Virus record (IMG/VR): IMGVR_UViG_3300021185_000297
Coordinates: 1 to 37,156 of that record
Direction: 5' to 3' (one strand)
Source of the DNA: a virus
Lineage: Duplodnaviria; Caudoviricetes
Length of the DNA stretch: 37,156 nt
Every line of letters starts with the position of its first letter. The stretch's first letter is position 1. Both the position numbers and the translations under genes were made by a program. The notes under the pieces are model-generated. The model did not search any database. It was not told where the DNA came from and saw only the letters and a list, made by a program, of their open reading frames with translations. Of the stretch, positions 1 to 7,737 are shown piece by piece.

Positions 1-4
1 ACTA

Positions 5-265
5 ATGCAAGAAGTGATTGATGCTGTAAAGGATTTTGGATTTCCTATTGTCGCCGCAATGGGAATGCTTTATATGATTTACTTTGTGTGGAAAACTATC
101 ACCACAAAGATTGAATCGTCATTAGAGGAAACTCATATGACATTGATTGGTCTTATTGACCGAATCAGAATGTTAGATAATGATATCATTCGATTGCAAC
201 AGAAGTTAGATACTGCGATTGAAGTGAAAGGAATAGAGGAAAAAGAAGATGCGAAAGAAAATTAG
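5..265 (+). CDS. Small membrane protein, N-terminal TM helix plus coiled coil (YvrJ-like), first visible gene of the curli cassette
   Basis: FGFPIVAAMGMLYMIYFVW hydrophobic segment, then heptad-like LIDRIRMLDNDIIRLQQKL; overlaps the csgF start. Confidence 0.6.
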   Translation: MQEVIDAVKDFGFPIVAAMGMLYMIYFVWKTITTKIESSLEETHMTLIGLIDRIRMLDNDIIRLQQKLDTAIEVKGIEEKEDAKEN

Positions 266-704
266 TGTAATATCGATATTGATGGTACTTATTCTATTGA
301 GCGCCGAAACTGCGGCTGCACCTATAGAACATAAGTTTAAGAACCCATCTTTTAGTGGTGTGAATACTTCCGCACACTATCTCACGATTGAGAACCAAAC
401 GTTCAATCGTAAGAAAGCGATAAAGGAAGAAATAAAGATGTTGCAAGAGCAACTCGAAAGAGATGCAGAGAATACTACCCTTGCCAAATTTATTAGGAAT
501 ATGGAAAGTCGGATATACTCGACTCTTTCAAGACAAATAGTAGACAGTATGTTCGGAGAGAATCCGTCCATGACTGGGTCTTTTAACATTGAGGGTACAG
601 GTGTATCTTACGTCAGAGATGGCGATAGCGTGGAGTTAACAATTACAGATGAAAATGGCAATACGACTGTTATCCGTATCCCTCTTGGGGATTTTGGTAT
701 CTAG
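249..704 (+). CDS. csgF: Curli assembly protein CsgF (type VIII secretion)
   Basis: Sec signal peptide, then mature N-terminus HKFKNPSFSG matching the CsgF F-x-NP-x-F-x-G motif; MESRIYSTLSRQIVDSMFGE and G-S-F-x-I strands; adjacent to csgG. Confidence 0.85.
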   Translation: MRKKISVISILMVLILLSAETAAAPIEHKFKNPSFSGVNTSAHYLTIENQTFNRKKAIKEEIKMLQEQLERDAENTTLAKFIRNMESRIYSTLSRQIVDSMFGENPSMTGSFNIEGTGVSYVRDGDSVELTITDENGNTTVIRIPLGDFGI

Positions 705-1458
705 TTGTGCGTCAGTAGACGGACTTAAGATACCAGCTGTCGAAAAACCGACAGTACAGAAGACATTATTAGAACAAGAACTAATTAATGTACTTCCGCC
801 AGTAAGGAAACCAACTGTAGCTGTATATCAGTTTACAGACCAAACGGGACAGAAAAGACAGAATAGTGGAGGAGGTACTTCCTTCAGTAGTGCAGTAACC
901 CAAGCGCCAGGCGCTTATTTGGTTCGTGCATTAAAATTAGCGTCTAGAGGCAGTTTTTTTACTGTCGTAGACAGGACATTATTGGATTCGCTCACTCGTG
1001 AACGTCAATTGATTCGACAGACTAGACAATCATATGACGGAGAGGGAGCTAAAAAGTTACCAGCGCTTACATTTGCTGGTATGATTATTGCAGGTGGTAT
1101 TGTAGGTTACGATACATCTGTGGAAACTGGGGGTGCGGGTGCTAGATATCTTGGCATCGGCACCAGTAAACAATATAGTATTGATACTGTGACGGTGAAT
1201 ATCCGTCTAGTGTCAGTAGCAACGGGTGAAGTATTGCTTGATGTGATATCAACAAAGACTATACTTTCAACCGCCAATGGAGGGGATGTGTTCAAGTTCA
1301 TTGAACAGGGTACAGAACTGGTAGAAATAGAAAGTGGAGTAACCAAAAATGAGTCCGTTTCGATTGCAACTCAACGTGCAATTGAGGCGGGAGTTCTAGG
1401 ACTTATCGAAGCGGGAGCTGAGAGAGGGTTTTGGAAATTTGTAGATGTAAGGGGATAA
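649..1458 (+). CDS. csgG: Curli secretion channel CsgG (outer-membrane lipoprotein)
   Basis: Lipobox LVSSC; CsgG motifs VAVYQFTDQTGQ, FSSAVTQ, LTRERQLIRQTR, GGIVGYD, TGGAGARYLGIG, VTVNIRLVSVATGEVL, NESVSIA. Confidence 0.93.
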   Translation: MKMAIRLLSVSLLGILVSSCASVDGLKIPAVEKPTVQKTLLEQELINVLPPVRKPTVAVYQFTDQTGQKRQNSGGGTSFSSAVTQAPGAYLVRALKLASRGSFFTVVDRTLLDSLTRERQLIRQTRQSYDGEGAKKLPALTFAGMIIAGGIVGYDTSVETGGAGARYLGIGTSKQYSIDTVTVNIRLVSVATGEVLLDVISTKTILSTANGGDVFKFIEQGTELVEIESGVTKNESVSIATQRAIEAGVLGLIEAGAERGFWKFVDVRG

Positions 1459-1480
1459 TCTCTTACACTATTTAAAAAAA

Positions 1481-1506
1481 TAAGGAGGCCTTCTTAAGGA
1501 AGGTTT
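1481..1506 (+). promoter_or_regulatory. Shine-Dalgarno TAAGGAGG followed by a hairpin in the leader of the curlin-like gene
   Basis: TAAGGAGG at 1481-1488; AGGCCTTCT-TAA-GGAAGGTTT (1486-1506) can pair; ATG at 1515. Confidence 0.5.
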
Positions 1507-1514
1507 AAAAGCAT

Positions 1515-2267
1515 ATGACAAAGCAATATAAAATAGGTTTATCTTTGTTAATGACTTTTATAATGGCACCCCACGCAAGTGCGGACAACGAGATATATAT
1601 CGACCAAGTTGGTGGAACATCTACTATTGTTATTGAACAAGATGGGTCAGGCAACGTAGTTGGTGGTGATGCATCGCAATTAGCTGCTGGAGCCCCATCA
1701 AAGTTTCTCCTCAATGGCGATAACATAAACTTTAATTCTGTATTCTCAGGTAGTACTAACAAACTATTTGGTGGAATATATGGTGATGGTACTGTAGTAG
1801 ATTTAGATGTTGTAGGTTCTTCGAACACTTTAACATTTGAAGTAGACCCCGACAATGTATATGGTGCGGGAAGTGGAGATTTCCAAATCGATATCTCAGG
1901 TGGTAATAACACTATCGATTGGGGATTTGGTAGAAACGATGCAGCTTCGAATGCAGACGTTGACATGATTCTAGACGGTGATTTCAATACAGCTAACATA
2001 TCGGTAGATGTATCTGACATAACATTGGATTGGGACATTGCAACAAGTAACTCAACACTTGACTACACAGCAACAGGGTATGATGGACATACTGCAACCA
2101 TAACTGGTGATGGTGATTACATGAATTTGGATTTAATCCAATCAAGTACTCTATCAGCAGATACAATAGAGATAGAGTTTGACGGCAATGGTACATCAAC
2201 ATCTAATTCGGTTATTTGTATTCAGCAGTCTGATTCTGGCACCGCTACAAGCAACTGCGGAAACTAA
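1515..2267 (+). CDS. Secreted curlin-like (CsgA/CsgB-type) beta-solenoid repeat protein
   Basis: Signal peptide ending ASA; NEIYIDQVG, IVIEQDGSGN, LDVVGSSN, IDISGGNN, MILDGDFN repeats with alternating hydrophobic residues; G/N/D/S-rich; directly after csgG. Confidence 0.72.
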   Translation: MTKQYKIGLSLLMTFIMAPHASADNEIYIDQVGGTSTIVIEQDGSGNVVGGDASQLAAGAPSKFLLNGDNINFNSVFSGSTNKLFGGIYGDGTVVDLDVVGSSNTLTFEVDPDNVYGAGSGDFQIDISGGNNTIDWGFGRNDAASNADVDMILDGDFNTANISVDVSDITLDWDIATSNSTLDYTATGYDGHTATITGDGDYMNLDLIQSSTLSADTIEIEFDGNGTSTSNSVICIQQSDSGTATSNCGN

Positions 2268-3315
2268 ATCGGATGATGTTGGTTCAGTCAACAAAGCAGT
2301 TGGTTGGAGACAAATAGTACGAGAACAAAATAACATCGAACCCACTATGGGAGAAGATGTAATATCCAAAGACGACCTTCGCACAGGGCAAGGTCGTATG
2401 GAAGTTAAATTTGTTGATGACAGCAAATTGCGTATGACCGAGCATACTCGTATCGTAATTGATAATGTAGTATTTGATGATGACCCAAGTAAGTCTGAGC
2501 TTGCAATGACCTTTGCACAAGGGACTGCAAGATTTGTATCAGGTCAACTCGGAACAATTGATAAAGAAAACATAAGACTCAAAACCCCTAGTGCATCAAT
2601 AGGGATTCGTGGGACTGACTTCACCGTCACGGTGGATGAATTTGGAAGTACCCTCGTGGTACTTCTGCCTGATGTAGACGGTGTATCTTCGGGTGAAATC
2701 ATCGTATCTACCATGACAGGTGAAGTCGTTCTTAACAAACCCTTTGAGTCTACAAGAGTGAGTGTTGCAGAATCAGACCCCTCTACACCCTCTATTCTCA
2801 ACCTCTCTCTTGATATGTTGAACAATATTATGATTATTAACCCACCCAAAAAAGAACTTGCATTCGATGACATATATGGAATCACTAAGAATGGTGAGTC
2901 CACAAACATTCTTGATATCGACTTCCTAGACGATGACTTTGGATTGAGTGAAGATGCACTCGCAGTTGATGAGTTAGAATTTACTGAACTTGATATCGAT
3001 TATCTAGATGTCGAACTGTTAGAAGATGTACTTGATTCATTCGTTGATATAACAGAAGATTTACTCAAAGAGAAAGAAACCTCTTCGGGTCGATTAACTC
3101 TGTCTGGCACAGAAGAAGGATTCGACACAGTCACCCAAGTAGCTACACTAGTTGAAGGTGATAAGGTAGAGTTCCGAAGGGAAGTTGCAGATAGAGCACA
3201 AGTATCTGTTGACCAAGATTCAGAAGCTACAGTCACTATGGAACAGGATGGTAAGTTACTAGAACCCATTATGTTAAATGGTGGTGGAGAAACTACGATA
3301 TTAATAGTGCAATAA
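2188..3315 (+). CDS. Secreted FecR-domain protein with acidic linker and beta-rich C-terminus
   Basis: Signal peptide; FecR-type motifs DDLRTGQGRMEVKFVDDSKLRM, GTARFVSG, TPSASIGIRGTDF; start at ATG 2188 (TTG 2179 is an alternative). Confidence 0.85.
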   Translation: MVHQHLIRLFVFSSLILAPLQATAETKSDDVGSVNKAVGWRQIVREQNNIEPTMGEDVISKDDLRTGQGRMEVKFVDDSKLRMTEHTRIVIDNVVFDDDPSKSELAMTFAQGTARFVSGQLGTIDKENIRLKTPSASIGIRGTDFTVTVDEFGSTLVVLLPDVDGVSSGEIIVSTMTGEVVLNKPFESTRVSVAESDPSTPSILNLSLDMLNNIMIINPPKKELAFDDIYGITKNGESTNILDIDFLDDDFGLSEDALAVDELEFTELDIDYLDVELLEDVLDSFVDITEDLLKEKETSSGRLTLSGTEEGFDTVTQVATLVEGDKVEFRREVADRAQVSVDQDSEATVTMEQDGKLLEPIMLNGGGETTILIVQ

Positions 3316-3324
3316 ATAACAGCT

Positions 3325-5154
3325 ATGAAAACATGGCACGTACTTATAACATTGGGGTTAATGGTTGGACTTAGGTTCCTTGACCCTTTCCTATTAGAGA
3401 GTGTAAGACTCTCATACTTCGATTCACTACAACGGACACAAGATGTATCTGTATCAGAACAGATTGTGTTGGTTGATATTGATGAGAAAACCCTTGACCA
3501 ATTTGGTCAGTATCCTATCCCCCGTAAAGTAATGGCAGATGAAATCGATAAGGTCGATGGTAGTCTTATTGCGTTTAATATCTTGTTCTCAGAAGAAGAC
3601 AGAATGGGTGGTGATGAGTATTTCGCAGATATCCTAGGATGGAAAAACTCGGTGGTTGCAATCGCACCATCTAATAGAACCAATACAGACTATAGACCAC
3701 CCCGTATCGGTACTGCGACATTTGGTGATAGAGATGCAGAAGACTTTCGTCCTGTACTAGATGGAATGTTGTTTGCTCAACCTGTTATCCATGATAACGC
3801 AACAGGATATGGTACGATATCATCCACACAAGATGTTGATGGTATTGTGAGACGTACTGCATTGGTAGAGAACTTTGATGGTAGATTGTATCCCGCATTT
3901 GCACTAGACATATTAAGAGTTGCAGCTGGAGATACTTCTTATCAGATATCTACAGATGACTACGGTATCAAGTTTGTTCGCATACCACAGTTTAAGAATA
4001 TTACAACTGATACTACAGGTAATATCACTATTGCATACTGGAATCAATTCAAGAGATATTCGTTTACAGAACTGGATACTATACCTAAAGGTAGTATCAT
4101 TATTATAGGTGCAACATTCGAAGGTTCTAATGTAGTATCCACACCGATGGGTTCTATGTATCCCCACGACATTCAGGCAAACATAATCAAGACTATGATT
4201 GACGGTGTCGTTTTAAAGCGACAGTCCGAGTATATAGTTTACGAGATTCTTCTTACTGTCATACTAAGTGTCATACTATTACTACTCTTGAAGTATGCAA
4301 GTATTATGATATCAGGAGTGTCATACTTTGTCATACTCGGTGGTCTTGTTACGGGTACGACTTGGTTATTTAAAAATCATTTTGTTCAACTAGACCCAAC
4401 CTTTGCGATTGGTACATTGACCATGATATTCGCACATGGGTCATTCGTACAATTCTACACACAGTTTAAAGCCAAACAAATGATTAAGGGACAGTTTGGT
4501 ACATACCTTTCACCCGACCTTGTTGACCAACTGGCTAATGACCCCGACCTTATGAAGTTGGGTGGTGAGAGAAAAGAGATGACGTTCCTATTCATGGACA
4601 TATGTGGATTTACCCCCATAAGCGAGCATTATAAGAATAACGATGACCCCGAAGGATTGGTAGAACTGATTAATAATTATTTAAATGAGATGACTAATAT
4701 TATTCTAAATAATGGAGGAACAATTGATAAATACATGGGTGACTGTATTATGGCATTTTGGAACGCACCATTACCGTGTGACAATCATGCCGAGATGGCA
4801 GTTAAATCAGCAATTCAAATAGAAGAAAAAACGAATGAACTTAGACGAAAATATCAAGAACAGGGTCTACCCCCCATCAATGTCGGCACTGGTATTAATA
4901 CAGGTGATTGCATTGTTGGGAATATGGGGAGTGAGTCACGTTTTGACTACTCGGTCATTGGAGACGCAGTTAACCTCGCAGCCAGACTTGAAGCAACCGC
5001 TGCTCGAGGAGAATACCTTGAATACAAGACCATCTACTCTAGTAACACAATGGAACAACTTACCACTATTGAGTCGAGACCAATAGGGGAGATTAAGGTG
5101 AAGGGTAAAGAAGAGATGATAGAAATATTTACTTTTAACAAAGAGGATATATAA
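3325..5154 (+). CDS. CHASE2-domain membrane adenylate cyclase (class III)
   Basis: CHASE2 motifs IVLVDIDEKTL-GQYPIPR, ILFSEEDR, DVDGIVRR; three TM helices; cyclase motifs FMDICGFT, IDKYMGDCIMAFW, GNMGSESRFDYSVIGDAVNLAARLE, VKGK. Confidence 0.95.
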   Translation: MKTWHVLITLGLMVGLRFLDPFLLESVRLSYFDSLQRTQDVSVSEQIVLVDIDEKTLDQFGQYPIPRKVMADEIDKVDGSLIAFNILFSEEDRMGGDEYFADILGWKNSVVAIAPSNRTNTDYRPPRIGTATFGDRDAEDFRPVLDGMLFAQPVIHDNATGYGTISSTQDVDGIVRRTALVENFDGRLYPAFALDILRVAAGDTSYQISTDDYGIKFVRIPQFKNITTDTTGNITIAYWNQFKRYSFTELDTIPKGSIIIIGATFEGSNVVSTPMGSMYPHDIQANIIKTMIDGVVLKRQSEYIVYEILLTVILSVILLLLLKYASIMISGVSYFVILGGLVTGTTWLFKNHFVQLDPTFAIGTLTMIFAHGSFVQFYTQFKAKQMIKGQFGTYLSPDLVDQLANDPDLMKLGGERKEMTFLFMDICGFTPISEHYKNNDDPEGLVELINNYLNEMTNIILNNGGTIDKYMGDCIMAFWNAPLPCDNHAEMAVKSAIQIEEKTNELRRKYQEQGLPPINVGTGINTGDCIVGNMGSESRFDYSVIGDAVNLAARLEATAARGEYLEYKTIYSSNTMEQLTTIESRPIGEIKVKGKEEMIEIFTFNKEDI

Positions 5155-5161
5155 TACTATG
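5144..5161 (+). promoter_or_regulatory. AGGATATATAATACTATG motif (probable late-type promoter running into a start codon)
   Basis: Identical 18-mer at 32050-32067; core ATATATAATACTAT also at 31313. Confidence 0.5.
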
Positions 5162-5260
5162 AAGAAAATGAATTGGTTTAAAAGATGGAAGTTCAAAGTC
5201 AAGATGTGGTGGGAACTACGGAAAGCGAAGAAAGACGACCCGTATATTTACGAGGAATAA
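5159..5260 (+). CDS. 33-aa basic/aromatic peptide (MKKMNWFKRWKFKVKMWWELRKAKKDDPYIYEE)
   Basis: Read from sequence, below the ORF-track cutoff; fills the gap between cyclase and carbamoyltransferase. Confidence 0.6.
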   Translation: MKKMNWFKRWKFKVKMWWELRKAKKDDPYIYEE

Positions 5261-5268
5261 CAGATTTC

Positions 5269-6693
5269 ATGTATCTAGGTTGGAGTGAGGGCTTCCATGA
5301 TGCGGGAGTATGTGTTATTGATAATGATGGACACATTGTATTCGCAACACACAGTGAAAGATTCTCAAGAAAAAAACACGACAAGTATATTGGGTATGAC
5401 CTAAAGTCATATATCAATGGTATGTGGAGAGATGATATCGTCCACAAGGCATTCTTCGAGAAACCAATTCTTAAGAAGACTCGACAGTTTTATGCGGGTC
5501 AATACGGGAATGTGTTTAAGAAAAGGTTCCTAACATGGAAACCTGATTCCGTACATCCACACCACAAATCACATGCAGCTGCAGCGTTTCAAACATCGCC
5601 TTATGATGAAGCGGTAACTGTCGTAGTTGATTCTATTGGTGAATGGGACTGTACTACTATATGGAAGTGTTATTATGACAAGAAGGGTAACGCACAATAC
5701 AAGAAAGTGTATAGTGATAAGTACCCAAATAGTATTGGACTATGGTATTCCGCATTGACCAAATACGTAGGACTCAGACCTTTAGATGAAGAATATATCT
5801 TTATGGGTATGGCTGCGTTTGGTAAGGCAACCAAGAAATGTGTAACGGCAGTTGAAAGACTTCTTAAATATGCGAATAATCATAGGGGTATTCCTGAAGG
5901 AACATTAGATTTCCCCGATGCAGATATAGCTGCATCCGCACAAAAAGTACTTGAAAACAAATTGATGGACATCTTTGAGATAGCATCTATGTATTCAGAC
6001 AACGTCTGTTATGGTGGTGGAGTAGCATTGAATTGTGTTGCGAATACAAAGATACAGAAGAGACATCCAAGTCTGTGGATTATGCCGAATCCAGGCGATG
6101 CGGGTGGTTCATTAGGAGCAGCTGCTCTTGCATATGGTGGAAAGGTACACTGGAATGATGCGTTTCTAGGACGTGACATTGATGCATCAACTTTACCCCA
6201 CAAACTTGCAGACGAGATTGTAGAAGAATTAGAGAAAAATGGAGTTGTCGGAGTTGCGGTAGGTAGGTCAGAGTTCGGCCCAAGAGCATTGGGTAATAGA
6301 AGTCTACTTGCTGACCCCCGTGGTAAAGACGCAAAGGATAGAGTAAATGGAATCAAGAAGCGACAAAAATTTAGACCCTTCGCCCCTGTCGTATTGGAAG
6401 AACATGTTGAAGAATATTTTTATTGTCATAGTTCTCGTTATATGTCTTTTGTGTATAGGTCTAGGAGAAATGATGTACCAGCAGTTATCCATAGAGACGG
6501 GACTGCTAGAGTTCAAACCGTACCATATAACTCACCTTCCATCATTCGAATTGTTTTAGAGAAATGGTACGAACGAACTGGGTGTCCTATTCTTCTCAAT
6601 ACAAGTCTTAATATACGAGGAGAGCCTATGGTTGATACTGTAGGTGATGCACACAGATTCGAAGTTAAATATGGAGTAAAGGTTGTCTATTAA
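5269..6693 (+). CDS. Carbamoyltransferase, NodU/CmcH/TobZ family
   Basis: FHDAG, HHKSHAAAAF, DSIGE, EFGPRALGNRSLLADP, FRPFAP, LLNTSLN; start moved to ATG 5269 (GAGGA upstream). Confidence 0.93.
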   Translation: MYLGWSEGFHDAGVCVIDNDGHIVFATHSERFSRKKHDKYIGYDLKSYINGMWRDDIVHKAFFEKPILKKTRQFYAGQYGNVFKKRFLTWKPDSVHPHHKSHAAAAFQTSPYDEAVTVVVDSIGEWDCTTIWKCYYDKKGNAQYKKVYSDKYPNSIGLWYSALTKYVGLRPLDEEYIFMGMAAFGKATKKCVTAVERLLKYANNHRGIPEGTLDFPDADIAASAQKVLENKLMDIFEIASMYSDNVCYGGGVALNCVANTKIQKRHPSLWIMPNPGDAGGSLGAAALAYGGKVHWNDAFLGRDIDASTLPHKLADEIVEELEKNGVVGVAVGRSEFGPRALGNRSLLADPRGKDAKDRVNGIKKRQKFRPFAPVVLEEHVEEYFYCHSSRYMSFVYRSRRNDVPAVIHRDGTARVQTVPYNSPSIIRIVLEKWYERTGCPILLNTSLNIRGEPMVDTVGDAHRFEVKYGVKVVY

Positions 6694-6838
6694 ACACCTA
6701 AAAGACGTGAACATGTCATATATCAAACATCTATTACACGCATGGAGAATGGCATTCATTCTAATTGTGCATGGAATCTTACCGTGGGTATGGAAGACCA
6801 AGGTATCAGACGAGATAAAGAACTACGAAGAAATGTGA
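6683..6838 (+). CDS. Small His-containing membrane-associated protein (DUF6356-like)
   Basis: TTG start after GGAG; HLKDVNMSYIKHLLHAWRMAFILIVHGILPW pattern. Confidence 0.6.
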   Translation: MSIKHLKDVNMSYIKHLLHAWRMAFILIVHGILPWVWKTKVSDEIKNYEEM

Positions 6839-6852
6839 CAGTTGTGTGACAA
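6835..6852 (-). promoter_or_regulatory. Pho-box-like 11-bp-period direct repeat
   Basis: Minus strand reads TTGTCACACAACTGTCAC, close to the PhoB consensus CTGTCAT-A(A/T)A(T/A)-CTGTCA(C/T). Confidence 0.45.
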
Positions 6853-6856
6853 ACCT

Positions 6857-6884
6857 TATAAATAGATATGAGGTAATATAAATA
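6857..6884 (+). promoter_or_regulatory. Tandem T4-type late promoters
   Basis: TATAAATA at 6857-6864 and 6877-6884. Confidence 0.65.
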
Positions 6885-6964
6885 TGAAACAAATATATAA
6901 AAAAATGCACAAACTAATGAAATCAGGAAGAATACATAAAGTTTGGGATTTAATGAACGGATAA
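6884..6964 (+). CDS. 26-aa basic peptide (MKQIYKKMHKLMKSGRIHKVWDLMNG)
   Basis: GAGG upstream; downstream of a late promoter; fills the gap. Confidence 0.45.
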   Translation: MKQIYKKMHKLMKSGRIHKVWDLMNG

Positions 6965-6969
6965 AGAAA

Positions 6970-7737
6970 ATGTGGCAAATTTGGGATACCTTTGAACGCA
7001 AGTGGAGAAAACAAGCACTTGCATCAACACAGATAATCTGTTGGTTATCTTTAATACCTATGGTAATGTACGCATCAATAAGTCAGTGGGTCGCTTGTTT
7101 GGTGTTATGGCAATGTATGACCATTGCGGGTACATTAGGATATCATAGAGTATTCTCCCACGGACATTGGAAAAATTGTCCCGCATGGGCTCGAAGTTTC
7201 TTTGTACTCTTCGGGTCATTAGGGTTTATCGGCCCTGCTATCCCATTTGCTGCTGTCCATCATGAACATCACAGACATACTGATACTGAGAAAGACCCAC
7301 ATTCCGCACAATTCAAAGGTCACTTTTGGACTTACGTAACCCCTCAACTTGCACCCTTCAGTTTGAAGTATCTTGTAGGTGAAGGGAAGACACACTTCAG
7401 AAAACTTATCAAAGACCCTATCCTAGGATTCCAAGAGAGGTTCTATTGGTTCATCGTATTAGGATGGATTGCAATATTGCTCTTGACAACTCGTGACCCA
7501 TTTAGTATAATATATGGCTTGCTTGCTCCTGCTGGATTACTGAAGTTGTTTTCGAATCTACTCTTCGGATATTCACACAGAGGCGGTAAACCACATAATG
7601 ACTTTTGGTTAGGAATGTTAACTGCTGGTGAAGGATTCCACAAAGAACACCACGATAGACCTTGGGAGGTTCGCAACCACAAGTGGGATATCAGTGGTTG
7701 GATTATAGAAAAATTTCAGGTAGATGTTCCCTCGTAA
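6970..7737 (+). CDS. Membrane fatty acid desaturase (delta-9-like)
   Basis: His boxes GYHRVFSH, HHEHHRHTD-KDPHS, GEGFHKEHH; TM segments; WDISGWII C-terminal motif. Confidence 0.92.
   Translation: MWQIWDTFERKWRKQALASTQIICWLSLIPMVMYASISQWVACLVLWQCMTIAGTLGYHRVFSHGHWKNCPAWARSFFVLFGSLGFIGPAIPFAAVHHEHHRHTDTEKDPHSAQFKGHFWTYVTPQLAPFSLKYLVGEGKTHFRKLIKDPILGFQERFYWFIVLGWIAILLLTTRDPFSIIYGLLAPAGLLKLFSNLLFGYSHRGGKPHNDFWLGMLTAGEGFHKEHHDRPWEVRNHKWDISGWIIEKFQVDVPS

Noticed and set aside
4835-5086. +1 frame ORF inside the cyclase with a hydrophobic segment (MSALVLIQVIALLGIWGVS)
   Set aside because: No SD at a usable distance from either ATG, and hydrophobicity is expected in +1 frames here. Worth only a conservation check.
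5185-5268. N-terminal extension of the carbamoyltransferase given in the ORF track
   Set aside because: Family similarity starts at MYLGWSEG (5269), which has its own RBS; the upstream DNA is better explained by the 5159-5260 peptide.
6834-6851. CRP site (TGTGA) that would link to the phage cyclase
   Set aside because: The half-sites form a direct repeat, not the TGTGA-N6-TCACA palindrome; the pattern fits a PhoB-type box better.
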